From a virus (lineage: Duplodnaviria > Caudoviricetes), in IMG/VR virus record IMGVR_UViG_3300045789_000414, positions 1-52,843 of that record: DNA of 52,843 nt. One strand, given 5' to 3'. This document shows, in pieces, positions 40,901 through 48,245 of the stretch (its first letter is position 1; each line of letters begins with the position of its first letter). Below the pieces are notes generated by a model. The model had not been told where the DNA came from, did not search any database, and worked only from the letters and a program-made list of their open reading frames with translations. The position numbers were made by a program, and so were the translations under genes.

Positions 40901-41599
40901 ATATTAAAGAATGCTACGCCTACTGTCGTTAAGCCCATTGTGGATATCGCGTTAAACGAAAACTTTTTCGGCTCATCAATCTATACCGAGAACTTTCCTT
41001 TTGGTACGCCCAAGCCTGATAGCTCGCTAGGTAGGCGATCAACGCCAGAGGCATACCGTAAGCTAGCAAGCTGGTTAAACGAGAGTACAGGCGGCTCTAA
41101 ATACCGTTCAGGCGCAATAGACATTAACCCTGATGTAATGAGATACGTGGCTGATTATTTCGGGGGCGCGGCTTACGGGTTCTTTGGCTCAAAATTACCA
41201 GATTCTTTCCATAGGGGTATTAACGGTGTTGAGCTAGAAGTTAACAGGATGCCATTCGTTAGCCGTATAGCGGGCAAAGTAATGCCTTACGATGATATGG
41301 GCAAGTTCTACGAGAGGCGCGATGAGGTTAATCAACTTAAGGCTGAATACGAAACATTAAACGGGGTTGAGCGTTCAGAGTTTAATAAAGAGTATGGTAA
41401 GAAAATGCGGTTGTCTTTAGGCATTAAAGCAGCCGAGAAGAAATTAAAAGCCCTTCGTAGAAAGCGAGACGCTATTTATGCGGATGAATCAATGGGGTTT
41501 GCTCAACGAGATTTGAAGCTAAAAGCAATACAGCTACAAATGAAGCGTTATATAGATAGAATTAACAAGGCTTACTCTAACGCCTCAAAAAGTCAATAA
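31913..41599 (+). CDS. Giant polyvalent protein (LPD5-, LPD1-, ART-like, metallopeptidase-like and LPD38-like domains)
   Basis: EDFGEKLGGARKD; FRGVEFGNW...AHEWFHALDNY; WHGS...GTGEGAQAYGYGLYF; AYHELTH; WYHGS...GFFFS; TVNFNRKG...YMF.NASIQG...KIPLPYG. Confidence 0.85.
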   Translation: MADIDYSDFGQYLEDARKYPENDGFKDYQLRQAWEEEFGQMKPPSIGDTVMRGMRNTENAMSAGLLHLGAITPEKFSQEVAENAAINQSIPQDKNKLKLINDIATSTGFWDGALKVVSNPAGVGRLTAEQVGNMIPSMALGATGAAIGSKVPIVGTGIGFIAGMASGSLMLETGMEVLSQLDKENVDITDPVKIQEALTPEFMSNALERGAIRGATIAAIDVATMGVGGLMLNSAGKKLARTLTKEGVDITSDTAVKAALAGSNKSIMKAAEGYAKSKTLKGGIAPKAGAFALESAGEPAGEALAQFAVGDEIDTTEVVLEGVGGLGASAFTTGAQSVIGAPKQIKKLGGLFANKDGEQTINPASEEEIITAQADLEEKIVADSAKTTQQQATDINNEVTRKVDKAVADVAESGGDALDQALVETTVSSQYDDIKARANQVATDNKERLRQTIERRQLKPDTASVLDYSANNIPLTQSQSRQEKTPQIRKEQIATKTLREQVNEVKNAQANEQSTTQNDGEVSKQDASQVSRQDGNNNSISGEASLGNKPNENKAPQLDNKQSIDPKELVKERIAARDEKRKQVNEAGDLSADIPPPRLNTGVVAESEFKPSVYSELTQEDKISIAESWGSQLQEGGGISYLQDENGNVNGRTKSINPEWFKDGSLGVMNVAGDDVLSNQPSVRRVQATISKLKKGENLTKSEERIIEALVEVDNNHYQEGSEQSARNEQESIDSSYDGVNVDAIDETIDSLIEEGILTEDMLLTMSAEEVDAAERENYEQEKAKQDGVNGEVSVVPEKEEDSGNQEEANGINEESILTDYSQDDLNAKQEAEDRQATEKAASDKKADIDADVDNFELTGSDRSADASTGQSDVFSEQVKKGGVANEDEINKVVADNDEIIANQNQEKLEDFGEKLGGARKDTAVAIGALKDLGDDDISTQPLSKTFPKSLIDKEEDAGRAAIMQVFREAIPNKPRTKHKVKRWAEKVKTFLELTVEMTNLKSTEEVVERMRSPIYASALSDSADKIELLMSVDRGNWGRIGKINNYSKAYRYGGDGKDRIPSPSFYVQIDGKTEKVDGAKKIQDVFEFVQEKLSEGSPDSKQLMKFEIRGRKGAYFINKTGDRERHHLKSFTDLAEARLYLKNNNAELVAEWEKVKEKFNVKKSDMRSKTNKPRTGKDYRKGKDITTEEFSEAFGFRGVEFGNWVKQGKKGKERQGFLNQTYDGLMDLADMIGVPPKAISLNGSLGIGFGSRGRGGSAAAHFEPSGIVINLTKPSGAGSLAHEWFHALDNYFSRQRNGEVKVGNGFKAEDAYRKGNYVTYHPEPMMIHKEYGSSMTKAELKRRQKEHKESGYFSEDNWQVDPNHPEGIRPEVEVKFANLVEALDDSPMRLRSMKNDKNAEDGYWSRIIERAARSFENYVITKMENGGYNNDFLANVQGIESFMRDEGRYPYLLPEEIAPIENAFNGLFKTLKTKETEQGVALYSKSKGIENGLSTQQATNELNKDKRLAKAIESGLLKVVASADDLPSGAELFHTVWHGSPHDHNKFESSKIGTGEGAQAYGYGLYFAGKKAVAEHYRDALTGNRDSNIILDGQPLTHSRKMDERSDEAIGAFNAISRQGGVDAAIDWLIARNNHSDNANLNRQRSASINWINDNRDRLGYEATEGVVYQVDLAPSQDEYLLWGKPLSEQSQVVVDALEKKFSLPSFNEDFRTAGEFYRHRARNKGGQEKVSAELKELGIRGIKYLDGNSRGGGGGDYNYVIFDDADIEITAKYSKGEQVVQGASLNGVAYVVANGNTKADVRATAYHELTHNMMDSSDFLGSEQRSKLLKRLSNQRKINKNNSFWQSVEQRVKDAETAPEHVLDEVAGYAVTEYLNGNKNLPKGLVKWVQDFIAALKAAVFKYTGLQFGKVSPQELIAMTEAYVDKTTGKERDVQDAMNGVALASKEGRLKQLEAEGYDTQNPFTHESSDKDFNGVITKKSTYGVFDGIFSLQGEEGAAIGTGGYNHTYYIRKGALAGDSDSSLDYEKSKEFLEKAYPQLDEVQLDRLYDLTAADENIWDNENDNPLADYGYEDSAEASWEFQNIRGKIAVDQDFDAIAMDDENGTSYFIPFGSKAKHSKLKDSSNLLYSKESTSNQAHKTAQRNAALPVSEGGLGLPANNTAMDRAKAMGFDVDTIWYHGSDVDFNEFDRSFIEEESEGGFFFSKSREVSERNIFKESGKAEYVRGFFVKSNSPLITAPNEWQEGLRSPESIQSAHDSVLIEADNSTPENTDDVLVVFDPKNIRETRAVFDPMKKDEPDLLFSIKKETNGVGSYTDKDSTGFAIPDETWTKVAIRKMQDKFKVLKDLQANIIEAGGTISEKADAYVAEELFHGKAENDILNMRKKHVEPFADKLAATGISQKELDKYLRAMHAEERNDYIASINADRPDGGSGMKTKDANKIIEQVENSDKAADYKELADMVYAMLKERRRVILDGGLEDDGLIAAWESTYKNYVPLKGFADNEKVDPRPSTGKGFNIGGKESKRAMGRSSESASPSSYAIVDLTETLIRNRKNEVGNALLALIEDNPQSEYWNVYTDENPETKESILQVDGKDVVKEVAIPMSMMSDRYFTTKRDGKTYYMKIGDKNDTRIMDAMKNIGIDHSGKIIQTMGGITRIMSALNTSYSPEFIVGNFLRDVQTAVLNLQSEESSAEGKIKGKKIAKQTVKDIPIAMRAVYRSLDGKKSKTKEGREFQQWFEEFKESGAKTGWFDMKDLDGQTKELESLIAMSDGSVKGNMMKWGKSAANVVENMNSAVENAVRLSAYVNARRAGISKQKAASLAKNMTVNFNRKGEVGATLNAIYMFSNASIQGVANFARTMGTLKGDKSLKWQNLNNAQKIAVGMAAGAFFIAMANRAAAGEDDDGENWFDKVPDYVKERNIVIMKSLLGGRQDGSYWKIPLPYGYNIFNVLGDSMESIAFSDKSIGSSAGRLTLATLGSFSPIGFQDSNTVTGGILKNATPTVVKPIVDIALNENFFGSSIYTENFPFGTPKPDSSLGRRSTPEAYRKLASWLNESTGGSKYRSGAIDINPDVMRYVADYFGGAAYGFFGSKLPDSFHRGINGVELEVNRMPFVSRIAGKVMPYDDMGKFYERRDEVNQLKAEYETLNGVERSEFNKEYGKKMRLSLGIKAAEKKLKALRRKRDAIYADESMGFAQRDLKLKAIQLQMKRYIDRINKAYSNASKSQ

Positions 41600-41607
41600 G
41601 GTGGAAT

Positions 41608-41799
41608 ATGAAAGACCATAGGCAAGAAAAAAAGAATGGCAAAGTGAGTAAGCTTGCTATAGCCATAAGACCATATATTCCTGTTAACCATGATACTAAG
41701 AAGAGAATAATGGATGCGATTAAGAGGTTAGGTATATTCATTGCCGGATTATCTCATATTGGCCTTATGGAACAAAGGCAATTAGACAAAGGAGTTTAG
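41608..41799 (+). CDS. Hypothetical protein
   Basis: 63-aa ORF with AAGGTGG RBS. Confidence 0.5.
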   Translation: MKDHRQEKKNGKVSKLAIAIRPYIPVNHDTKKRIMDAIKRLGIFIAGLSHIGLMEQRQLDKGV

Positions 41800-41801
41800 A
41801 T

Positions 41802-42221
41802 ATGCAGTTTAAGATGACGCGGTATCAATCAACAGCGGCCGGAACATTCAGTCAGATGACGGTCGGTCCAGAGGTTTTTTACACAGTAGAGAAGCCGTGG
41901 CTAAATAACAAGCCTTTTATATCATGCCTGCCAGCGGGGAACTACAAGCTAGTTCCTCATAAGTCACCTAAGTATGGTGACGTATTTTGCATTGTTGATG
42001 AGAATGCAGGAGTTACTATCCAACAAGAGTCATTCAGCAAGAGATATGCTTGTCTATTCCATGTTGCTAATTATGCAAGGGATGTATTGGGCTGTGTAGG
42101 TGTTGGTCAGTACCATCATAATAATATGGTTACAAACTCAAAGATATCCATGAGTAAACTGTACGATATAGCCCCTCTTAGTGAAACGCATGATTTAGAA
42201 ATAATATGGGGTGAGATTTGA
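41802..42221 (+). CDS. DUF5675-like putative peptidoglycan hydrolase
   Basis: YTVE.PW.NN....SC.PAG.Y; FH.AN...D..GC.GVG. Confidence 0.75.
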   Translation: MQFKMTRYQSTAAGTFSQMTVGPEVFYTVEKPWLNNKPFISCLPAGNYKLVPHKSPKYGDVFCIVDENAGVTIQQESFSKRYACLFHVANYARDVLGCVGVGQYHHNNMVTNSKISMSKLYDIAPLSETHDLEIIWGEI

Positions 42222-42580
42222 TTTTATACAACACGAAACTTAATATCATCAAGATATCTGAGGACAGGTGGGTATTAGTATCGGACTTTGAATTCATTTA
42301 TAACGGAAAGAGAAACGTTATTCACAAAGGATTCAAGACCGATCTAGCGACAATACCTTTTCCTATTTCAGTCTTGTTAAAGCCTGACGGTGACTATAAG
42401 GAATCAGCCGTTATACACGACTGGTTATTGAAGAGAATGTATGGAGGTGATGAAAAAATCACTAGAGCATACGCATCATCGGTATTCCTTGAAAGCCTCA
42501 TCTATCAGGAAATACCTGTTTATCACATCATCCCGTTATACATCGGGGTGAGACTATATGATTTGTATAAGTACATATAG
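42218..42580 (+). CDS. DUF1353-like protein
   Basis: GFKTDLATIP...AVIHDWL. Confidence 0.8.
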   Translation: MILYNTKLNIIKISEDRWVLVSDFEFIYNGKRNVIHKGFKTDLATIPFPISVLLKPDGDYKESAVIHDWLLKRMYGGDEKITRAYASSVFLESLIYQEIPVYHIIPLYIGVRLYDLYKYI

Positions 42581-42591
42581 AAGGAGGTCTT

Positions 42592-43011
42592 ATGAGTTGG
42601 TTTGATTTTTTAAAGCCTAAAACCGTTGATGATGTATTTGATAAAGATAATGGATTGCTGACGCAGGTCGGTGGGTGGATAGAGCGTGGTAAATTCACAG
42701 AGCAGGAAAGGGAAACACTGAACGCATCACAGATGGATGCTGTTCGACAATTCGTTGTCGATACATTAAGCGAGTCAACCGATAGGTCGCAAGCTCGTAG
42801 AAGCATTGCTGTATTCTTTATTAAGTTTTATTCGTTAATGCTATTTATGTGCGGAATGACATACCCTATTTCAAAAGGCTGGTCATCGGTGTGGTTTAAT
42901 ATGGCCACCAGTGCAAGCGTTGGCGGCTTAGTTATATCTATAACCGTGTTCTTTTTCGGCAGTCACGCAATGGCTAGACATACTGCGAGCAAGGGGTTGG
43001 ATAATAAGTAG
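42592..43011 (+). CDS. Putative holin
   Basis: FTEQE, RS.ARR.IA, two TM helices ending FFFG. Confidence 0.7.
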   Translation: MSWFDFLKPKTVDDVFDKDNGLLTQVGGWIERGKFTEQERETLNASQMDAVRQFVVDTLSESTDRSQARRSIAVFFIKFYSLMLFMCGMTYPISKGWSSVWFNMATSASVGGLVISITVFFFGSHAMARHTASKGLDNK

Positions 43012-43052
43012 TATTTCTGTACTGATTCACGTGAACCCTTGCTTTGGTTATA

Positions 43053-43098
43053 TTGACACCCCGCCCTGAATGACGGAGCTTTCCGGCGCTTTCATTAA
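43053..43098 (-). mobile_element. Isolated IS200/IS605-type end palindrome
   Basis: Minus strand GCGCCGGAAAGCTCCGTCATTCAGGGCGGGGTGTCAA. Confidence 0.5.
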
Positions 43099-43272
43099 CA
43101 GGTTATTTCCCACGTTTAACAGGGATAGCCGTACCGCCTAGCCTTTCTTTCTTTTTGAAGGTAGTGGACGAGAACCGATACTCGTCATATACGTGATATT
43201 CCTTGTCCACAGCCTTCATTAAGCTAACCATATTATTCCGCCTGAATTTTGACTCACCCATAATTGAAAGTA

Positions 43273-43533
43273 TTAAGTGTGTGAGATTAGCGCTACGTTG
43301 CTTGACCCGCCATAAGACCGACCGTATAAGTTACCATCGCCGGACACGTCGCCTGTCATGTTATTTTCATCTGCTGCCGCCCCTTTTTCGAGCATGATGC
43401 CAGCCACTGTTGATGCTGGCAATGAAGGCGCAAGAAGGACCTCAGCCTCTTGCCTTGATTGACATTGAGCTGTGAAAGACGTTACGCCAGTGATTAACAA
43501 TTCCCAATCTGAACCTAGTTTTTTTGGTGTCAT
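43273..43533 (-). CDS. Hypothetical protein
   Basis: 86-aa ORF with AAGGA RBS. Confidence 0.6.
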   Translation of the reverse strand: MTPKKLGSDWELLITGVTSFTAQCQSRQEAEVLLAPSLPASTVAGIMLEKGAAADENNMTGDVSGDGNLYGRSYGGSSNVALISHT

Positions 43534-43741
43534 TTTATATTTCCTTTTCCTTTTAAAATTAATTTACTGACAATAAGCCTTAAACAAAACTGACTGTATT
43601 AGATGTTGTTGAGCCGAAGTCATTACTTACAATACATCGAATAAGGCCTCCCACCAGCGTTACATTTAAATCGCCTGTGAATAGTGGGTATCCTTGTTTT
43701 TTAAGCGTGGCGGTTAGGCTTTTAATGGTTAATCGCATCAC

Positions 43742-46700
43742 TTAAGCCCAATCGCCTGCAACAACATTTGTAAATGTCATTGTACCCGTACCAACACTTG
43801 CTTCCTCTGTGGTTATAGACCCTGAATCAATATCGTACTTAGTAATAGTACCTGCATTATTAAACTCTAGACCTCCCATTACCCCGCCGATACTTCTTCC
43901 CGGATAACCATTATCATCAGATACAGTATCAAACGTTACTAATGCAGAACTAGCTGATCCATTTACCTCTGTAACAGGCGTTCCGTCAAGCTTCAATGTA
44001 ATAGCTGTGCCGATTCGTTCAATAATAACCTCGCGTGGTGTTCCGTCGCTGATTAACGCGGAATCCCATTTGAACTGAGTGCTATCACTTAGTCGCATAT
44101 TGAAACCACCAGCACCAATATACAGATTATCTTTATAATTAGTCTGCCATGACAAGAAGTAACAAGCTGTTGTCTTCGTCGTTGCATAAGTAAACTTAAT
44201 AGTGAAGTCACCAGCTAGCGCCACCTCTGTAATCGCTGCTCGCCTATCGGGTGTCGTCCAGGTTAGGTCTAGCCCTGCAACAATGTCTATACTAGCCGTG
44301 TTGGTTGTAACAGGAGTCCCGTACCCGCTATCACCTGTTATGGAAATTCCCGTGGATGTTCCAAGAGTTGTGGGGGTGCCAGTAATAAATCCAGTGTCAA
44401 CATCTAAAACAAGTCCGGGAGGTAACGTGCCTCCAAGCATGTAAATAGTTGGCGCAACACCTGTAAAAAACTGCGAGGTGTCATAGAAATATGGAGTGCC
44501 AGGAACACCTCTTGGTGGAGCAAATGTGCCCGTTAGAGTAGGAGCAGATTCAACAGGCGCAAAGTTCCCGGCAGCTGCGTCAGTCCAGTTTGGTTTGCGT
44601 TCGTAATTGGTATAGCCAGCTGAGGTATTAAAGTCGTATAGGCTTTTTTGCGCTCCGTCGATGTTTAGATGCAGTCCGTCTGTATCATTAGGTGCCCAAA
44701 CAGTATTGCCTTTAGCTACTGTGTCTGGTGTAGCTGTAATGGTGTTCCCAGCCGTTAGTAATGACCAAGCCTTGTTGCCGACAAGCTCCCTGTTTGAGCC
44801 GTCATCGGTAATTTGATTGATAGGTAAGCCATAAGACAGGTTATCCTCCAAAACACTTTCGAACGTTGTGTTAGAATGGCCGTTGTCAGTTAACATAGAT
44901 TGACCAGAGCCACTCGTGTTCACGTTTTTATTATTTTTAGCAAATAAACTAAAAGCGGCATAGTAATACAAGAACCCGCTGTTTAATTTATCGCCATAGT
45001 TCCGGCAAATAGATATATTCCTGAACTGCTTGTCTGCGTCGTTGTTAGTAGCGTTAGAAAAGTCACAAAACCAGTTGGCTTTTGAGGCTTTGCAATCATG
45101 ATAAGAGATATAATCTCTTACTGTACCTGCCCCAGAATTATTAGTATTTAAAACATAGTTTGCTCGCCCGTTACCTTCAATGGCTTTGAGCCAACCTACA
45201 TGGAAATTATCATGATCTCCATCAGGATACCAATAATGGTCTAAGGTAAGGCTTTCACAGTTAGCCCTAATCTCTTCACCAACAGAAGCCGCCCAAGACG
45301 CGCCACCGCCACTGGAGTTGACTGTGGTATATCTGCCCTGGCGTACTTTTTCATTATTAATGCAAGCACCATTCAACGTATAGCTTTTGGATAGAGTTCC
45401 ATTAATTGTAAATACACTACCTGAAATAGACACCACCGTGTAATAATCATAGGCCACACCGTCCCACAGATATAAGACACTATCCGTAGGAAGTCCTGTA
45501 TCAATAACCTCGTTCACGGTCACCGTGCCTAAACCAGAATTATTACCTGCTGCCAATGTGTAATTAGCCGTGTAAGCCGCTAAGGAATTTAATAGACCAC
45601 CCCACCAAGTAATATTTAGATTTTTGCTCAAGGGTGAAATAAACTCCCCCGCGTCTCCCCACCCCTTATTCCTTGTGCAGCGGTCTATTAAGAACAGCAT
45701 AGGGTCTGCACCATCATTAGTAGCTTCGCCCGTGCCACTGATTGGGTATTGACAAGTCATGCCTGGACTGAGTGTTACAAATGACAGTAGAAGCCCTTTG
45801 CACCTTGTACCAGAAGCATTAGTGTTAAAGTCAATCATTTTGGTGGTTAATGTGGTGTTTATAACAGGTGCTGTAGCACCATAGCCAACCACACCAATGA
45901 CGGCTGACTGCGTTCTGTTGGTTTCTATTTCATTAGACGTCGTATAAAGGTTACCACCCGCTAAGTGTATAAATGTATTGTCTGGCACGGAACCACTGAA
46001 TACTTGCTTAGGCCCTGTTGCGCTGGTCACTGCTGTTTGGTCAGACCCTAGCTTATCCTTTAGAACGATCGTGTCGTTATTAGTCTTAGATGCTATTTCA
46101 TACAGCCCTTCAAAACCAGCTTTAGTGATGTAAATAAAGTTGCTGTTATTCTCTGGGTAGTTAGCTGTAGCGGTGGTATGGTTGTAAGCTGTGAACGCTC
46201 CTGTCTCAGTCAGCGCACCCGTTGCCTCTGTATAAGTGGCCGTCGTTAGAGATAATCCTAAAGCATCAAGCCCATCATTAGTATCAACACCATTAGTACC
46301 ATCATACCAAGCGTGAGCAACGTTGGGTTTAGTGACTGATATTGTTTCGCTAAATGTCTGTGAGATATAACCCGTTGCGGTTTTTCCTCTCGCGGTGAGC
46401 GTTAAGGTATAGTCTCCCACTTCACGAAGAACGAACGTACCCTCTGGACTGATCGTATCAGTGTAAGGGTTAACAATAGCACCAGTATCAGGGTGTAATA
46501 TCTCTTGCTGACTATAAAGTACAGGATCGCCATTTAACTTAGTCACTGTCCATGTGTACTCTAAATGCTCATAAGGGATAATAGGCTTAGTTGATAAGTT
46601 TCTCGTACCTGTACACGTTACATTCTTCGCTGAGGCCATTAAAGCGAAAGGCGCCGTACCTGTCTTTAGACCCTCTGGTGTAGCTATGCTTGGTATAGTG

Positions 46701-47356
46701 ATAGACGTCACATCAATTTCAGAATAACCTTCGAAAGTAGTGGGAGCAGTGGTTATCTGCGTACTATCCGTGTTAGTCGTATCTGAGCCGCTTGCATTCG
46801 TACCCGTGACTGAGAAGCCTGTCGCCGTTTCTACCGTCGTTACTGTGCCTGAGATGACACCTGTTGATGTGTTAAGCGTTAGTCCTGCTGGCAATACTCC
46901 GTTCAGTGAATAAGAAGTCGGTGCGCCTCCCGTGAATAAGGGAGCGGTGGGATAGGTATAAGCCGATCCTACCGTGCCGTCTGATAAATCAAATGTGCCT
47001 GATGCGATAGGCGCAGCAGCCGTTGCTTGTATAGTAACACTGTCTGTATTAGTCGTATCACTACCTGTAGCATTAGTACCGATAACCGCATACCCAGTCC
47101 ACGTGCCTGGCGTTGATGTACCTGTAATAACGCCTGTAGACGTGTTTAGAGTAGCCCAAGGCGGAGGTGTTCCAACCCACTCGTATGAATCAGCTTCTCC
47201 ACCAGTGAATATTCCAGAAGCATCATAGTCGTAAACTGTGCCCGCTGTTGAGTTCAGTATATCAAATGTTCCTGATGCTACTGGTGCTTGCAATGGATTC
47301 TGAATGGAAGATAAGCTTCTTCTGCTATAAATATTAAATTTATTATATAACTTCAT
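43742..47356 (-). CDS. Large Ig-like (He_PIG-type) repeat protein; probable virion appendage/adhesin
   Basis: Three LP.GL.L...TG.I.GT-type repeats, T/G/N-rich beta regions, lectin-like C-terminus. Confidence 0.75.
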   Translation of the reverse strand: MKLYNKFNIYSRRSLSSIQNPLQAPVASGTFDILNSTAGTVYDYDASGIFTGGEADSYEWVGTPPPWATLNTSTGVITGTSTPGTWTGYAVIGTNATGSDTTNTDSVTIQATAAAPIASGTFDLSDGTVGSAYTYPTAPLFTGGAPTSYSLNGVLPAGLTLNTSTGVISGTVTTVETATGFSVTGTNASGSDTTNTDSTQITTAPTTFEGYSEIDVTSITIPSIATPEGLKTGTAPFALMASAKNVTCTGTRNLSTKPIIPYEHLEYTWTVTKLNGDPVLYSQQEILHPDTGAIVNPYTDTISPEGTFVLREVGDYTLTLTARGKTATGYISQTFSETISVTKPNVAHAWYDGTNGVDTNDGLDALGLSLTTATYTEATGALTETGAFTAYNHTTATANYPENNSNFIYITKAGFEGLYEIASKTNNDTIVLKDKLGSDQTAVTSATGPKQVFSGSVPDNTFIHLAGGNLYTTSNEIETNRTQSAVIGVVGYGATAPVINTTLTTKMIDFNTNASGTRCKGLLLSFVTLSPGMTCQYPISGTGEATNDGADPMLFLIDRCTRNKGWGDAGEFISPLSKNLNITWWGGLLNSLAAYTANYTLAAGNNSGLGTVTVNEVIDTGLPTDSVLYLWDGVAYDYYTVVSISGSVFTINGTLSKSYTLNGACINNEKVRQGRYTTVNSSGGGASWAASVGEEIRANCESLTLDHYWYPDGDHDNFHVGWLKAIEGNGRANYVLNTNNSGAGTVRDYISYHDCKASKANWFCDFSNATNNDADKQFRNISICRNYGDKLNSGFLYYYAAFSLFAKNNKNVNTSGSGQSMLTDNGHSNTTFESVLEDNLSYGLPINQITDDGSNRELVGNKAWSLLTAGNTITATPDTVAKGNTVWAPNDTDGLHLNIDGAQKSLYDFNTSAGYTNYERKPNWTDAAAGNFAPVESAPTLTGTFAPPRGVPGTPYFYDTSQFFTGVAPTIYMLGGTLPPGLVLDVDTGFITGTPTTLGTSTGISITGDSGYGTPVTTNTASIDIVAGLDLTWTTPDRRAAITEVALAGDFTIKFTYATTKTTACYFLSWQTNYKDNLYIGAGGFNMRLSDSTQFKWDSALISDGTPREVIIERIGTAITLKLDGTPVTEVNGSASSALVTFDTVSDDNGYPGRSIGGVMGGLEFNNAGTITKYDIDSGSITTEEASVGTGTMTFTNVVAGDWA

Positions 47357-47376
47357 ATGCTAGTTTAGCCCTGTTG

Positions 47377-47802
47377 TTATGTTCGTTTTATCTTTGATGC
47401 TAGAAATTCAATCTTTCTCTGCTTATACGAGTTCATCCCTAGCTTTATAAGTTTATCGTGGGTATCGTCTATTTCTTTAATTGTTGTCTCGTCCGTTATG
47501 AATTCTTCCTGAGAAACTATATGTTGCCTATATAAACTACTGATTGAATGCGTTACTGAGCTAACTTCTATTTGTTTGGAAACATCCTTAAGTTGACAAA
47601 TTATCTTCTCATCACCTCTTATCATTAACTCATAAAGGATGGCGACTAAGATTAAAACAAGGGCGGTTAATGGCTTGCCGTTTTCCGGCAGAAGTGAATT
47701 TATTAATTCGTGGTCGTCAAAAACATAATACAGCATAATCATTGTTGCCAATAGTACGCGACTTATACCCTTTAGTAAATTATCAAATATATTACTAATC
47801 AT
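47377..47802 (-). CDS. Two-TM membrane protein
   Basis: Two hydrophobic segments in the N-terminal half. Confidence 0.65.
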   Translation of the reverse strand: MISNIFDNLLKGISRVLLATMIMLYYVFDDHELINSLLPENGKPLTALVLILVAILYELMIRGDEKIICQLKDVSKQIEVSSVTHSISSLYRQHIVSQEEFITDETTIKEIDDTHDKLIKLGMNSYKQRKIEFLASKIKRT

Positions 47803-47842
47803 TGACCAGAACCAATACCATAGACCACTCCACTGCTACATT

Positions 47843-48172
47843 TTACGTTTCCATACTTAGTGAAATAATACTTGATAATTGCTGGTTAAAGTTGTTTGAT
47901 GATATTTCAAGCGATGATAATAAGTAGAAGATAACATGCCCAACACTTAAATGATCTCGCTCTTTTTTATTCCCTACGCCTCTTGGGTCTTGAATGAATC
48001 CGATGTAATATTTCAAGTCCCTTACGATCTTATCTCCGGCGTATGAACCGTTTTGACTATCTCTTATAACCATGAAATAGTCATCTTCAGGGTAATAAAA
48101 GATATGCGCTCCTACTCCTTTTTTGACCATCACGGCGTCAACGGCTTCAACTAAATTAAGTTTTTTTGTCAT
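47843..48172 (-). CDS. Hypothetical protein
   Basis: 109-aa ORF. Confidence 0.6.
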   Translation of the reverse strand: MTKKLNLVEAVDAVMVKKGVGAHIFYYPEDDYFMVIRDSQNGSYAGDKIVRDLKYYIGFIQDPRGVGNKKERDHLSVGHVIFYLLSSLEISSNNFNQQLSSIISLSMET

Positions 48173-48245
48173 GGCTATCCAGTGTGATTATGCGACCGTT
48201 AGATTATATTTGATAACACCCTTTAAAGGCTAGCTTGTTAAGCTC

